A stretch of 64,000 nt of DNA. It comes from Bugula neritina (lineage: Eukaryota; Animalia; Bryozoa). Every line of letters begins with the position of its first letter. Within the stretch, counting starts at the first letter, position 1. Made by a program: the position numbers and the translations under genes. The notes under the pieces are model-generated. The model saw only the letters and a list, made by a program, of their open reading frames with translations. It searched no databases and had not been told where the DNA came from. The DNA is taken from positions 3,896,722 to 3,960,721 of the forward strand of contig OZ037766.1 in NCBI GenBank assembly GCA_964035545.1, given 5' to 3'. Below, one piece after another: positions 25,677 to 38,300 of the stretch.

Positions 25677-26741
25677 ACTACATGTTTCTATAGACGTTAT
25701 GCAAAATACAATTGATATAATTATTATGTATGTAAATATATAAATATATTCAGACAAAGCATAAAATTGTATATATCAGATCTACAAGTAAGACAGTTAA
25801 TTGTATATAATATAAATAGAAAAGTTCTACAAAATTAAATTACTGATTGTCATTACAACCTTTAAAGGCCTACAGAAGTGAACTAAGTGATTTGTATCTA
25901 TAAAAATATCAAACTCAAAATTTAGTAATGATTGCTAAGTTATAGCTAATGGCACATGAACAGATCCTGGTGACAAAAATAGAAATATTACAATAATATG
26001 TAAATTATGTGGTATATGCACATAAGGTATGTAAACAAAAAAGCAACAAATTATTTAACAATGAGGATGAGCAATAAATGTAGACCTTTTATGATATGCT
26101 GAAAAATTAAAGAAAAAGCTTAATCAAGATAAGATTGTCAGCAAGTTGAAAAGAATAAAACAAAATAAATTCACATAATTCTCACTTGGAATCAATTTCT
26201 ATATCATTCAAAATATAACAAAAAATAACTTCCTCCTTCCCTGTTCCCTTATGAATTTGGAAAAAAAATCACAACACAGCTTTTGACTTGGATTGATAAA
26301 GTTTTGTAACCAAACACAAGCAGAGTACAATTTGTAACATGCATAGTGAAATATTGCAAAGTCAAGTGGTGTTTAGGATTGTAGCTCGATATTTCAAAGG
26401 CCTGCTAGCAACTCATTAGAAATCTTGAGACCATTTCTAACCAACAAAACATGCTATATAATGCTAACAAAAATATCTAAGCACTATTTAAATTTTAACT
26501 TTACATTTACACATTTATTTTCTTATATCCCTGATTTTATGTTCCCCTAGTGCCCAACATCATTATGCTAGACGGGTTCTTTGAATCTCATGTTTTCTCT
26601 TGTAAGAATGCTCAGTATGCAGAAGATCTTTCATAAATAAGTTGTCACACTAGAATTAAAACGGGACAAACAGAATGTTGCTAAGTTAACTCATAGTAGT
26701 TATGAATCAAACCCATAGTTACTACGCATTACAAGGAAGTG

Positions 26742-29700
26742 TTAGTTCTGATGTTTAGAGTACTTGGTCAAGTATTGGGAGTATTTGCTAGAGTCTGACT
26801 CATTAGCTAGAAGCATATCTCTCATAGCTCTGGCACTGTCCAGACCTTGCCAATACTGCTCTGTGTAGTCGTATATAAACCACCTACAATGAAGAAACAA
26901 TACCAAGAGTACTGTAAGTGTAGAGCCACACGACGCGTTTTACTTGTTCGAGAAATGACTTTTAGCTCTTTAATTGAACGTCATGAGCGGGATTTGCATG
27001 CGTCTTGTTTGATCTAATTGGCTCATTATTATATAATATTTAGCGAGCACACTTTTTTCATTTTTATCAGCGTTTCAAGCAAGATTTTCAAGCGTCTATC
27101 ATGCTGAGCGTAGGTCTGTACTGTAAGTCTCCAATGCTGGTTTTTTACAGTTATGCTGATCAATTATAAACTGTGAAAACCAATTACAAAACGAACACAA
27201 ATCATAACATGCTTTAATGGTTCTCATTGCATTACATATTTTAAACAGCGAATATTATGTTAAGCTCTTAATTAAAACTTGAATTTTTTTAATATGTTTG
27301 AAGTTGTGTTTTGTAAAAACTCTAGAGGTTATTTTCAGAACCTGTTTAGAAGCAGGTGACAACTCAAATAATCAGGTCATGGTTTCAGCTCGTAACATGG
27401 CTATATCTATATGTAGTTTGTGAATCATTTGCAAGAGTGGCATGCTACACCCTTGCTTAAAAACACTGATTAACAGTTCTGCATTTGTTAAAGCAAGCAT
27501 TTAAATTCACAAAGTGCATATATTTGTAATGATAGTAAGCTGTCAATGTAACAGATTGCAACCACAATGCCAAGTTCAAAAATATGTGGAATATATAGTA
27601 AAATAAACTAGGGCTATTATTAAAAATGAATCCATAAATTTGTTGATATTTAAACAAAAACCAAGCATTGTGGGAGAAAAATTGAAAGCCTAATTTCATA
27701 CCAGTCAAGCTCTTTTGGTTTCTTGAAAGGTCTCGGGGCAGGACAAGCAAACTTTCTACCATCAGTGTACTTTGGCTTAATTGGAAGTGTGCTGGGATCT
27801 TGAGCCCGCTTCTTTTCATTTTCATACATCTCCGCTGCCTTATCACACACATAGCACTCAAAGCCTGGCAAACAACACTTCTTTTTCAACAAATGAATAA
27901 AGATTCTAAACACTATAAAGAAATGGTATCATTAATTATATATTTTGCATTACAGAAACTTGCAGACAAAAACTTATACTTGTTTTACAAAATGCTATAG
28001 AGGTAACGGGGGCACAATGGTCGTAGGGGTACAAAAAGCCGGCCAAATTGTGAGAGAACTTATTGACTTAGAGTTGTGATTTTTTTTTCATAAAAAGGTA
28101 TTGACATAAATATTCAGCCATTGTAGTTTCAACACTTGCGGAACATACATGTTGAAAAGGTGAGTGAAAAACTGTTTTTACCTACTTTTTGTAAAATTTT
28201 TAGGATGTCGTTAAAGCTTTATAACTTTTTACACTCAAAGGCAACAAGCCTAGATTTTACTGATATTGTTGCCATTGCTTGTCTCTACATTGCTTAACTA
28301 GTATAACAGCAAACTCTAAAATAAATTTTCCTTGAGGCACATTTATGTTCAATTTGGCCATCCGGGGCACAATGGGCCACGCTGACCGGGGCACAATGGG
28401 CCACCTAATTATTGTACCCTGATCACTGTTATTAGTTTGTTTGCCCAAAAAGTTGGTTGAAATGTTACTAAAATCTATAAATATAGTCATTTCTGACCTT
28501 TTTGTAAAATATCAAAGACATCATGGTAAGACTACAAAACTACAAGGCGAACCTCTCCTAATATATACATCTGGTGAGGTTGAAGCTATGCTATTTTATA
28601 CATAATACAAAACACTCTGCTGTTGCTACTAGTAGATAGTCATGATATTTATTATACATTATATCATTGAGGAAATATACATGTATTTGACTAAAATAAA
28701 TTGTGATTTGCTCATTCGGTCCCCCACTCTCCCTTCCGTACTCCAGCCACAAACCGAAGCCATATGCACCTTAGTTACAGTTCATAGAAAAAGTCCACTC
28801 AGAATTTTGTAGCACATGTTACTAAAAAATTTTTTCTGATAAAAGTTTTTCTGATAGTGTAAATAAAAAACATTTTTAGTTCTAAACAGTAATGATAGTG
28901 GCACGGTAGAACCGAGTGATGTGCATTTGATTTTGCCTTCCTCTGCTATCCGTGGTGGCACAAACTGTACAGCTAAAACATGAATTTTGCTTTAGATCTG
29001 AAAGAATATGTTTATTTATTTGTAATATTAAATAAATAAAATTTAGATGCAACAAAATATGCAAAGTTTCAATATATTTGTTGTGTCCCACCCAGTGCCC
29101 CATTGTACCCCGGTACCGGGGCACAATGGGCCGATTTTTTCGTCGTGAAAATTTCATTATTCTGAAAGTTGTGAGAGAGATAGAAACAACAAACTGATAC
29201 CTGTAATAGACAACAGATGCAGCATTAAGACTAGAGATAATTGAACCAGTAACTTGAAAAACAGACGAATGAAAGCAAAAAATGCAAAATTCGGCCCGTT
29301 GTGCCCCCATTACCCTTACTGTACCTTCAAAAAATGGACCATAATTCTTGTCATCTTCAGTATATTTCCAAGGTCTACGGTCTAAATGGTATCGAAGATT
29401 TTCATTTCTTATTTTTCGGGTTTTCTTGAATTCTAAGTATTCCTATTAAACAAGAAAATATACAAATTAAACATGATCATTAGTCAACATTTTGCTAACT
29501 AGCTTTGAACAGTTTAAAATTAAGTACATGAATATTTTGTGAGTATATTTTCAGCTGAACAAACTGTCCACACCTCATATGCTTCGTCATTTTCATTTAA
29601 TTGATGCAAAAACTCAGCGAGTGCTTTTGGAGATTCAAAGTCTTCGGTCATGATTATAGAATGATTGTCGGGCATGAACTCTCGGGCTAAAGGTGAGCCT

Positions 29701-30853
29701 CGATAAACTGGTACAGCTCCAACATGGAGTGGGCGAAATAACTTTTCTGTCATATAGTCATTACAAATGGCTAAAAAGAAAACCCTCAAAAGTAAGAACA
29801 TTCATCGTAGCTTCAAATGATCCCAAGTAAGAAACTACATTTACCACATGCTATCACTACTAACTTACATTTATTGGTGCACAAAATAGTAGCAAAAGAT
29901 AGTAAAATAAAATAGTATAAAACTTACCATTTTCAAAGGCAATAACAAACTTGTATTTTGCAATCAAATCTTTAAACTTTGAACTGAACATGTTTTCTAC
30001 TGGAGCAACCAGATCAAGGGGCAGATCTTTATTATGAAGACATTTACCTAAACAAACAAGTCACTTTCACAGCATTTTATGAGTATTTGAACTACATTAA
30101 CTTTCATGAGCAGCTTTCCAAAACTTTTAAATCAACACGTACACACTCAGTACACTGACCATAAGAGTCAACCTTGATGTACTGCATTAGTTCTTCCACA
30201 TAGCGGTCTCGATCAGACGGCACTTCACAGTGAGACTGAACGTATATCAGTGGAGCAAAGCCTTGGTTCTTCTGATATTCATTTTTAACAGAAGTAGGAA
30301 TTGGATTGCGATTCAATATAAATTTCTCACCAGGAAAGCTGAATGTTGTTATTGGATAATCAGATGCCCGGTGGTAAGTAGCTGTATAATTAAATAAATC
30401 CATGCCAACAGCATGATTAAGAGCAAAATTATTGAGGGGTGATTCTTCGTGTGCTAATGCCCAAATGTGTTTTTGGAGCCTTGGTAGTGGCAACTTTTTC
30501 GGCATAAACTCGGTACCGTAAAAATAAAATCCAATGGTTTGAGGATGGTGTGCATATCTTTGGTGTGCTGTTACGTAACAATTACTACCACTTGAGCATG
30601 AAAGAGTGTCAAATTTATCCAAATGTGGATATAGATTTTCAGTCCACCAGATAATAATTGGTAAATCTTTTGGCAGCACTTCTGGGACAACATTGAAGTT
30701 GTGGGTGGGCGTGTCTGGCGTTGAATTTGCTGCACCAAATTTCCAGGTCACCCCAACACCTTCGTCAAATTCGTTACTATAAGAGCATATTATTAGTAGT
30801 GCGATAAATAATACTCCAATAATTATAGCAGAAATACGCGAGATCATCTTCAT
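26742..30853 (-). CDS. FUT11: GT10 alpha-1,3-fucosyltransferase 10/11 family (FUT11-like; protein O-fucosyltransferase POFUT3/4 class)
   Basis: Exons 30160-30853, 29928-30047, 29574-29770, 29325-29442, 27702-27864, 26742-26883. Type II TM anchor, PIIIWWT, FYGTEF...LPLPR...[46 protein letters not shown], and GT10 motif [39 protein letters not shown]10 versus FUT11 orthology is not certain. Confidence 0.9.
27998..29321. mobile_element. Non-autonomous TIR DNA transposon (pogo/Tc1-like) with subterminal GGGGCACAATGG repeats
   Basis: Left end AGGTAACGGGGGCACAATGG; reverse complement of right end TA|CAGTAAGGGTAATGGGGGCACAACGG. Internal motif copies at ~28362, ~28386, ~29099 (inverted) and ~29116. 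No transposase ORF. Confidence 0.65.
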
Positions 30854-31182
30854 AGCTGTATATATAGGAAACAGCGATGTTAAATAATAGACGTGTTCTG
30901 AATCAGTTTTGTCTTGTCAATGGCGTAGCACACTTATGGCAAGTTGAATTGTGCTTCAATGATATCTCTTATTGGTTGCTATGTTAACTCAACATCGGGT
31001 GTAAGCACTTCTGAACAGATCAATGAAAATATTAGGATATTAGCCAACAAGACGCATGCGTGTATTGTTGTCGTGGCAAAGCTGAGTTGTAATTGGAAGA
31101 AGTTCTAACTTTCAACTCATTACTGCTAACTACAAACTTGTAGCTGTCATCTTGATCGTCGACAATATAAGTATAACTTTTG
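30854..31182. promoter_or_regulatory. Putative bidirectional promoter between FUT11 (-) and SEC24C (+), including a candidate non-coding first exon of SEC24C ending at ~31182
   Basis: Head-to-head genes; NRF1-like palindrome ACGCATGCGT at 31052-31061; ATTGG (reverse CCAAT) at 30971; donor-like G|GTAAAT at ~31182. Confidence 0.4.
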
Positions 31183-32356
31183 GTAAATGTTCATTCTCAG
31201 TTTGCTCTGGTTGATTTATCAAGATTAACACGTTTTCGGGATAGAGTTTAAAGGTCGGTTTAACTTTATGTATATTTTGAGAATTAACTTTTAAGTTTAA
31301 GTGATCATTTTCATTTTGATTTTCAATTCCATCACAACTTTTTAACTTGAGTCTTAACTATTACTTGTACACTTTTACAGTATTACGTATTCTTTTAGTA
31401 TAAGTATACGTAGTAGTTTAATGCACTTAGGCTTGCAGTTACACTTACAGTCTATACTCTACACTCTACAGGCTTAGAATTAGTACACTGCAGGTAAAAG
31501 TAGTGACTAGTGAGACTGAGTCACCGAGTCTCACTGAGTGAGTGGTCATTATCATTATGATTAACTCATTTTGATTAACTCTAAGATTAAGTCACTCAGT
31601 CTGACCAAATGTAGCACTAGCAAAGTGAGTATACTAATAGTAATACTCATAGTCATACTGTAATACTCATACTCATACTCATACTTACGGTTACGCTTAT
31701 AGTTATAATTATAGTCACTATAGTCACCTTCATATTCATATTGAATTTGATGTTCACGCTGATACTGATTCAGTGATTAAATAATCAATAATGCTCATAC
31801 TTATACTCATAGTTGTAATCGTACTCATAGTCGTACTGAAAGTGATAGTGATCATAATAATCTCATATACTTATAGTGATAGTTTCACACATGTAGTTTT
31901 ATTTTACTCTTAGTGTTACTCACTCTCATATAGACTTACAGCTACTTATTTTTACTCTTTGCGGTAACTGTAAGTGTAACTCTAACAGTGATACTGACAG
32001 TGAAAATAATAAAGATAGTTATACTTACACCAAGTAACAAATTTTACAGCAACAGTTACTGCTCCATTAACATATTATGCTAATGTAGTAGTAACTGTTG
32101 CCTAAATTTTAGAATATGCTTTTTTTAACCTCTCCAAGTTAGAAATTGACCTTGGCAGGTAATTCAAATTGACAATTTCAATCTGAATTTCAGTTCGACT
32201 TTGCCAAAATAAATTCTTACAATCTGGCTCATCATCAGATATAGTCTTAGAGTTTTTCAAACCTAATAGCATTCTTAGAAAAAGTTGAAAGACGCTTAGT
32301 CTACCTTCATTGAAAATCTACTGATATGACTGCTAAAACTTTGGTTCGTGTTTCAG

Positions 32357-35300
32357 ATGCAGGGAATGTACGGGCCTCCCCCTGGCGCCATGTATGGGGG
32401 TCAGCAGCCTAGTGGCCCTCCTGACCCTCAAAGTCCTCCTGGGCCCCCAGGCCTTCCTGGTCCCCCAGGCCCTCCAGGTCATCCCAGTGCTGGTAAGTCA
32501 GTAATGACTTGCTTTATAATGATACTTCTCAAGTTTTCTCAAAATAATTATCGTATTCCTCTATAGATGTGCAAAAACTTTAGCTGACATTTTGTGGTTT
32601 AAATTTTGTTTTTGGAGATGCAAACACCCCAGTCAGCTACATGTGTTAGTGTGAGAAAGTCGCTTGTTCCAACTTTTAATCCATGTTCTCCGTTATGTTG
32701 ATGTGTTTTACAGCGTCTATGAAGCCACCCTCCGCCCAACCTCAAAATCCTTATCAAAATGGCCAGTCCAGTCCTCAGTACCTCAACCAAGTAAGAAAGT
32801 TGATTTTATACTATTTTCAGGCTTAAAGTTTAGTACTACCAAATTCAGTTCAAATTATTCCTAAAACATTGTTTGAAGAAGTCTAAACTGATACAATCAG
32901 TGATGGTCATGTTCCCAGTCTGCATCAAGTTTTTTCCGTGCATTATACAGGATTTCTTTTCTATTTTTTTTTAAAATTAAAATATGTTGTGAAAGCACCA
33001 GTGTCAAATTTCCTATGCATAATGGTTCAATCATTAACACTTTCACTGGCCACAGTAGACTTTTAATCTGGGATACGCATTGTAATACTTGAGAGTGTCA
33101 GCCAATAGACCACCAGTACTGCATTCCTCCGAGTTTCATGCCCAGTATATCTTATATATTCAGATGTCTAATCAGATGGGTCAGATGAACATTCAAGGCA
33201 GGCCACCGGGACCACCCACCCCTCAATATGGAAATCTGCCAGGAGTGCCCCCCACAACCTACAGCCAACCGCTCCCTCCTACATCACAGTTCAACGGTCA
33301 CCCAGGGATGATGGCAGCACCACCTTCTGGTGCTCCATCCGTATCACTACCGTCTGTTCCGCCTTTACCAGGGCAGCCTGGCATGCCCCCTATGTCTGGA
33401 CAAGGGGTGTCACAAACTGGTGCTCCACGCTTATCGGGTCAACCTCCGTATCAACCAGCTCATGAACACGGGACTGCACCACCTGTATCTCAACCTGGTA
33501 TATCTCAGTCTGGTGGACCTCCCGTATATCAACCTGGTATGATGTCACCGCACAGAATGCCTGCCACGTCAAGTTCTGGTGGAGCAGGACCCTTCTCAAG
33601 ATATCCCACCCCACCTGTGTCAGGGACTAGCATGGCAAACGGCATGCCTCCAGTGTCTGGTCAACCACATGGAATGCCTGGTCAACCTGGAGTACCAGGA
33701 ATGCCCAGTCAACCTGGAATGCCTGGTCACCCAGGAATGCCCGGTCAACCACATGGAATGGCCGGTCCACCTGGAATGCCCGGTCAGCCAGGAATGCCCG
33801 GTCAACCTGGAATGCCAGGTCACCCAGGAATGCCTGGTCAACCTGGAATGCCAGGTCACCCAGGAATGCCAGGTCACCCAGGAATGGTCGGTCAACCTGG
33901 AATGCCAGGTCAGCCAGGAATGCCCGGTCAACCTGCCGGTATGAGAAGACTTGATCCTGACCAAATGCCAAGTCCTGTAAGTTTATTTTGTAGCATATGA
34001 TTTTTTGTTTTATCAACTGTTACTTATTATATTTTAGTGATATTTTTAGAGCAATAAGATTTTATAACTACTCTAATAGAATAAATTTCATGCAAATTGT
34101 GCATCAGCTAAATTCTTGAATGTTCATAGTTTGCATGACATTTATGGTAACTGTTAACTCATGTGTATGTATCTACACTATCGACTCTTTTCTCCTCTCT
34201 TGTGTGCTAAAAAAATGAATGAGGTAATGGTTTAGTACATTTTGATAGCAAACACTATTGTGTATAACAGCTGTTTTCAGTTACTACTACTCAACGTAGT
34301 GTATGACTTGTCAGCACACCTGGTATTATTTTCATTCTCTGTTTATAGTTGCAAGTAATGATAGACGACGCAAAGATTAATTCAGGAGTGTTCCAAACGA
34401 GCCAGAGGGGGCTGGTTCCCCCAATGGTAACCACAGAATTCACTTGTCACGACCAAGGTTGGTACTTTCTCTCAGCAGCATTTCTGTGGTCAATCAGATC
34501 AGTCCACGAGGAGAAAGAGAGTGCTGGTTTCATTAAGAACAGACAATTCGTGTGTGCTGGGTTATGTTGATGAAACTAATTGAGCTTTGATCTTAAGTCT
34601 AAATATAAATAGTAGTACAGACAAAAAATTTAGCTTCATTTCATTTAATTGAGTTTGATTTTATTAACCAAAATATCAGAGTTTGCTATTCAAAAATAGA
34701 GCATTTCTAATTGGTTCTCACTAACTCTTCAAAGGCACTAATTTCAGTGATTGTGTTGGTGAGGAGCGTCCTTTAATCCCCCCTCCTTCTGCTACAGTAT
34801 TGACAGTTGTGGAAGAGCTATTATCTAATGCCTAGCCTTATTTAAAACAATAATGTAACAAGTGGATATTTACTGTGTAGATGATACAGCATTCTAACCT
34901 ATCTATTAGTACTTCCAGTATACCCTTTAATAAGTGGTCTGTATGTTTTAGGTAACAGTAACCCGAGGTTTCTCAGATCAACAATGTACAGTGTACCAAC
35001 CAGCAATGAAATGATGAAACAGTGTAAAATTCCTTTCAGTATTGTCTGCAGTCCGTATGCTAAGACTACACCCAATGAGGTACATGTCACTATTTCCTGT
35101 TGATACTAAATACTACCTTGACATGTTGTCACTAAAAACCTAGTCAGTTGTTGTTAAGGACCTATAATAACACAGCTATATGGGTGTTGTTTAGCGACCT
35201 CCACCATTGGTCAATCTGGGAGAACTTGGACCAATCAGATGTCGAAGATGTAGAGCGTACATGTCACCACACATGCAGTTCATAGACGGCGGTCGGCGAT

Positions 35301-38300
35301 TCGTCTGTCCGTACTGTTCTTGCGCTACTGACGGTAAGTTCCGCTCTTCCTTTCTCAACTTTCATTGATCAAAAGCAAATTTTAATTTATGAAAGATTTG
35401 CAAAAATCAAGATAATTAACATTATTGCTTTCAAATTTCTCCTGTTGTGTTTAAGGTGTGAATAACTTTTGTTTTCGCAGTTCCCCAGGAGTACTTTGCG
35501 CACCTAGACCACACAGGTAGGAGAGTGGACACGTACGAGAGACCAGAGCTTTGTCTTGGCTCCTACGAGTTTGTAGCCACTAAAGATTACTGTAAGGTGA
35601 GATTGCTGGCACTGCCTGGTCTTGTTGCATTGTAATACCTCTGGTTTGGTTCACTAACGCTAATATCTATAAAGCAAGTGCCAGTATCATGTGCAGATCT
35701 CGGTAATGCAGATATTAACTTTGTTTGTCTTGTGTATTTGTTCTAATCACACACTAAGCAGGAAATAGTTGCTTCTCATTTGTCAACCTGCTGGATGATG
35801 TTAAACACATTATGATGTCATATTGAGCCTACAAACCACGTAGTTAGCCTGCACTTTCCACAGTTTCAATATGTTGTAGAATGGAGTGTTGCCCAACCCA
35901 CCCGCCTTTATATTCATGATCGATGTCAGCTACAACAGCATCAAAAGTGGCTTCGTCCACCTACTCTGTCAGCATCTGCATGATGATATCCTGCCGCATT
36001 TACCCAAGTAGGTCCCATTTTTCTCCTACGTGTCACGGTGTTCAACTTCACTCAATAATCTTCTTGTTTGGTTGGTTATATTGCGTTGATTTCCTTTAAA
36101 CTTGTGAGATCATACAGTTTTTTTATAGTATCTTGCATCTCTTGTAAGGAATAAAGTTGAAGTAGGAATTTTTTTTACTAACTGTTGTATCGTATAAGAT
36201 ATTTGTCACAGTGTGTATACATTGAATATAAATTGTGTTGTAGAGAGCAAGGAATGGAGCATTCAGATATTAGAGTGGGTTTTGTCACGTATTCAAATGT
36301 GCTGCACTTCTACAATGTGAAGGGTAGTTTGGTGCAGCCACAGATGATGGTAGTAGGGGACGTGGAGGACATGTTCGTACCAATGGTTGACGGTTTCCTG
36401 GTAAAGCTGAGCGACTCCTACTCTGTAATACAATGGTGTGTTGTCTTCTCTGTTTCTATTGGCTCTCATCGTGACGTTAATGTCACCTATTGAAACTATG
36501 CCCTCTGCATGCTTTTGGTATACTTTTGATATTTTCTAATCTGCCGATACCCATCATATACGTTAGTTAACATCAATGTCATCTTTAGGTCACAGGAGTG
36601 TATGGTTGGCTGTAGCCATCACTCATGTGAGAACTCCTTCACATATGATTTGCCAGCCTAGGCTGCTGTTTAAGTCATGTATATTTATATACTGTGAGCA
36701 ATAGTGTTATCTACTAGCATTGAATACACAGAGGCTTGTCAATGTTTGTGTTTTTGCCATTCTCCCACTCTACCTTCTTCATGATAGTTATGTTGAATTG
36801 TTTGTCGCCTGCTATCACTGAAGCGTGTAGCAAGTGGGTGCTGGTGTACTAGCTGAAGCGTGTAGCAGGTGAGTGCAAGTGAGCTGTACAATGTATTTCC
36901 TGTGTTGCAGCTTGCTGGAGCAGCTACCGGAGATGTTTAGTCAGACTCGGGACACCGAGGTGGTGCTCGGACCTGTCATACAAGCGGGTGTCGATGCTCT
37001 CAAGTCAGCCGGCTGTCCCGGCAAACTGTTTGTGTTCCACACGTCACTGCCTATTGCCCAAGCTCCCGGCAAACTCGGCAACAGAGACGACAGGAAACTG
37101 CTCGGCTCCGAAAAGGAAAAGGTAAATTTCTAGGATTCGTGTAGAAGTCATTGTCACATGCTGATTATTCATGTAAAAATCACTGTCGTATGTTGGTTTA
37201 TTCCTGGGGCTTGCTTTTAGGCGTCTCAAAATTTGTGGTTTTTTTATCCTGTTGAAACAATTTACTTTGTAAAATATAAGTTAACCAGTTGTAGAATTAT
37301 TGGGAGTTGTCAGGCATCTATTCGTGCTGCTCAGCTGTTGTGCAAAGGCAGCATGAGTGTGCTTTAATACAATTAACTAGGTCTTTCTACTCTGTTTCCA
37401 GGAAGTTTTTTTCGTGTATTTTAGACAATTTTAACTCCCCAGAATCCCTTCTACACAACACTGGGTCAAGACTGTGTCCTGCACGGGTGTGGAGTGGACC
37501 TGTTTCTCTTCCCTAATGCTTACATTGATGTGGCAACCATTGGGGAGGTTTCCAGGCTAACTGGTGGAGACATTTACAAATACGATTACTTTACTGTAAG
37601 TTACTCTTTCCTCTTTGTCAGCTAGCTTTCCAATTTATATCAGCTGATCTCCTGTATACAAGCTTTTTGCTGATTAGCCGATTAAGACTCATTGCTTTTC
37701 TTCTTCATAAGCAAGCTTCTATTTTCATCTCGTCTAATATTTAACTAGTATTAAAATTCTGGAAATTTGAAGCTTATTCGCTGCTCTCCTTCTTATGTTG
37801 TTCTGAGTGGCTTCTCACATGCAGTGAGATGTAACCTTATTATTGTTGTCAGGCGGAGTCCCACGGCACAAGATTTATAAATGATTTGAAGTCTGCAGTT
37901 AGTAAACCCATAGCATTCGACGCCATCATCCGAGTTAGAACCAGCACAGGTAGGTTCAGATGAGATACAAGATTTGCTGACTCTATTCAACTGCCTCATT
38001 GTTTATGCAGAGAGTTAATAATAAGTATTGTTATGTATGGGGAGCCGACTCCCTGTGAAGATACTGTATACAACATTTTGCTGCAGTTTCAATTAGGTAA
38101 AAAAACTTAGCAAAGAGTTTTATTGGTAAGCATAATCTATGGAATGAAGGAAATATATTGGACATAATTTACCAAGTATTTTAGCTGTTCAAGTAGCTGT
38201 GTAAAAATTAATTTTTATCTTGTATTGAAATGTGTTTTTTTTTTACATTGAGTTTACTGAAAAGAAAGCATAAACTTTCATGTATTCACTTTTCTCGTTT

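Noticed and set aside
36850-36910. 16-nt microexon with CAG|GTGAGT in a SEC24 intron
   Set aside because: Would frameshift and leave only a ~42-nt downstream intron; it lies in a small local duplication.
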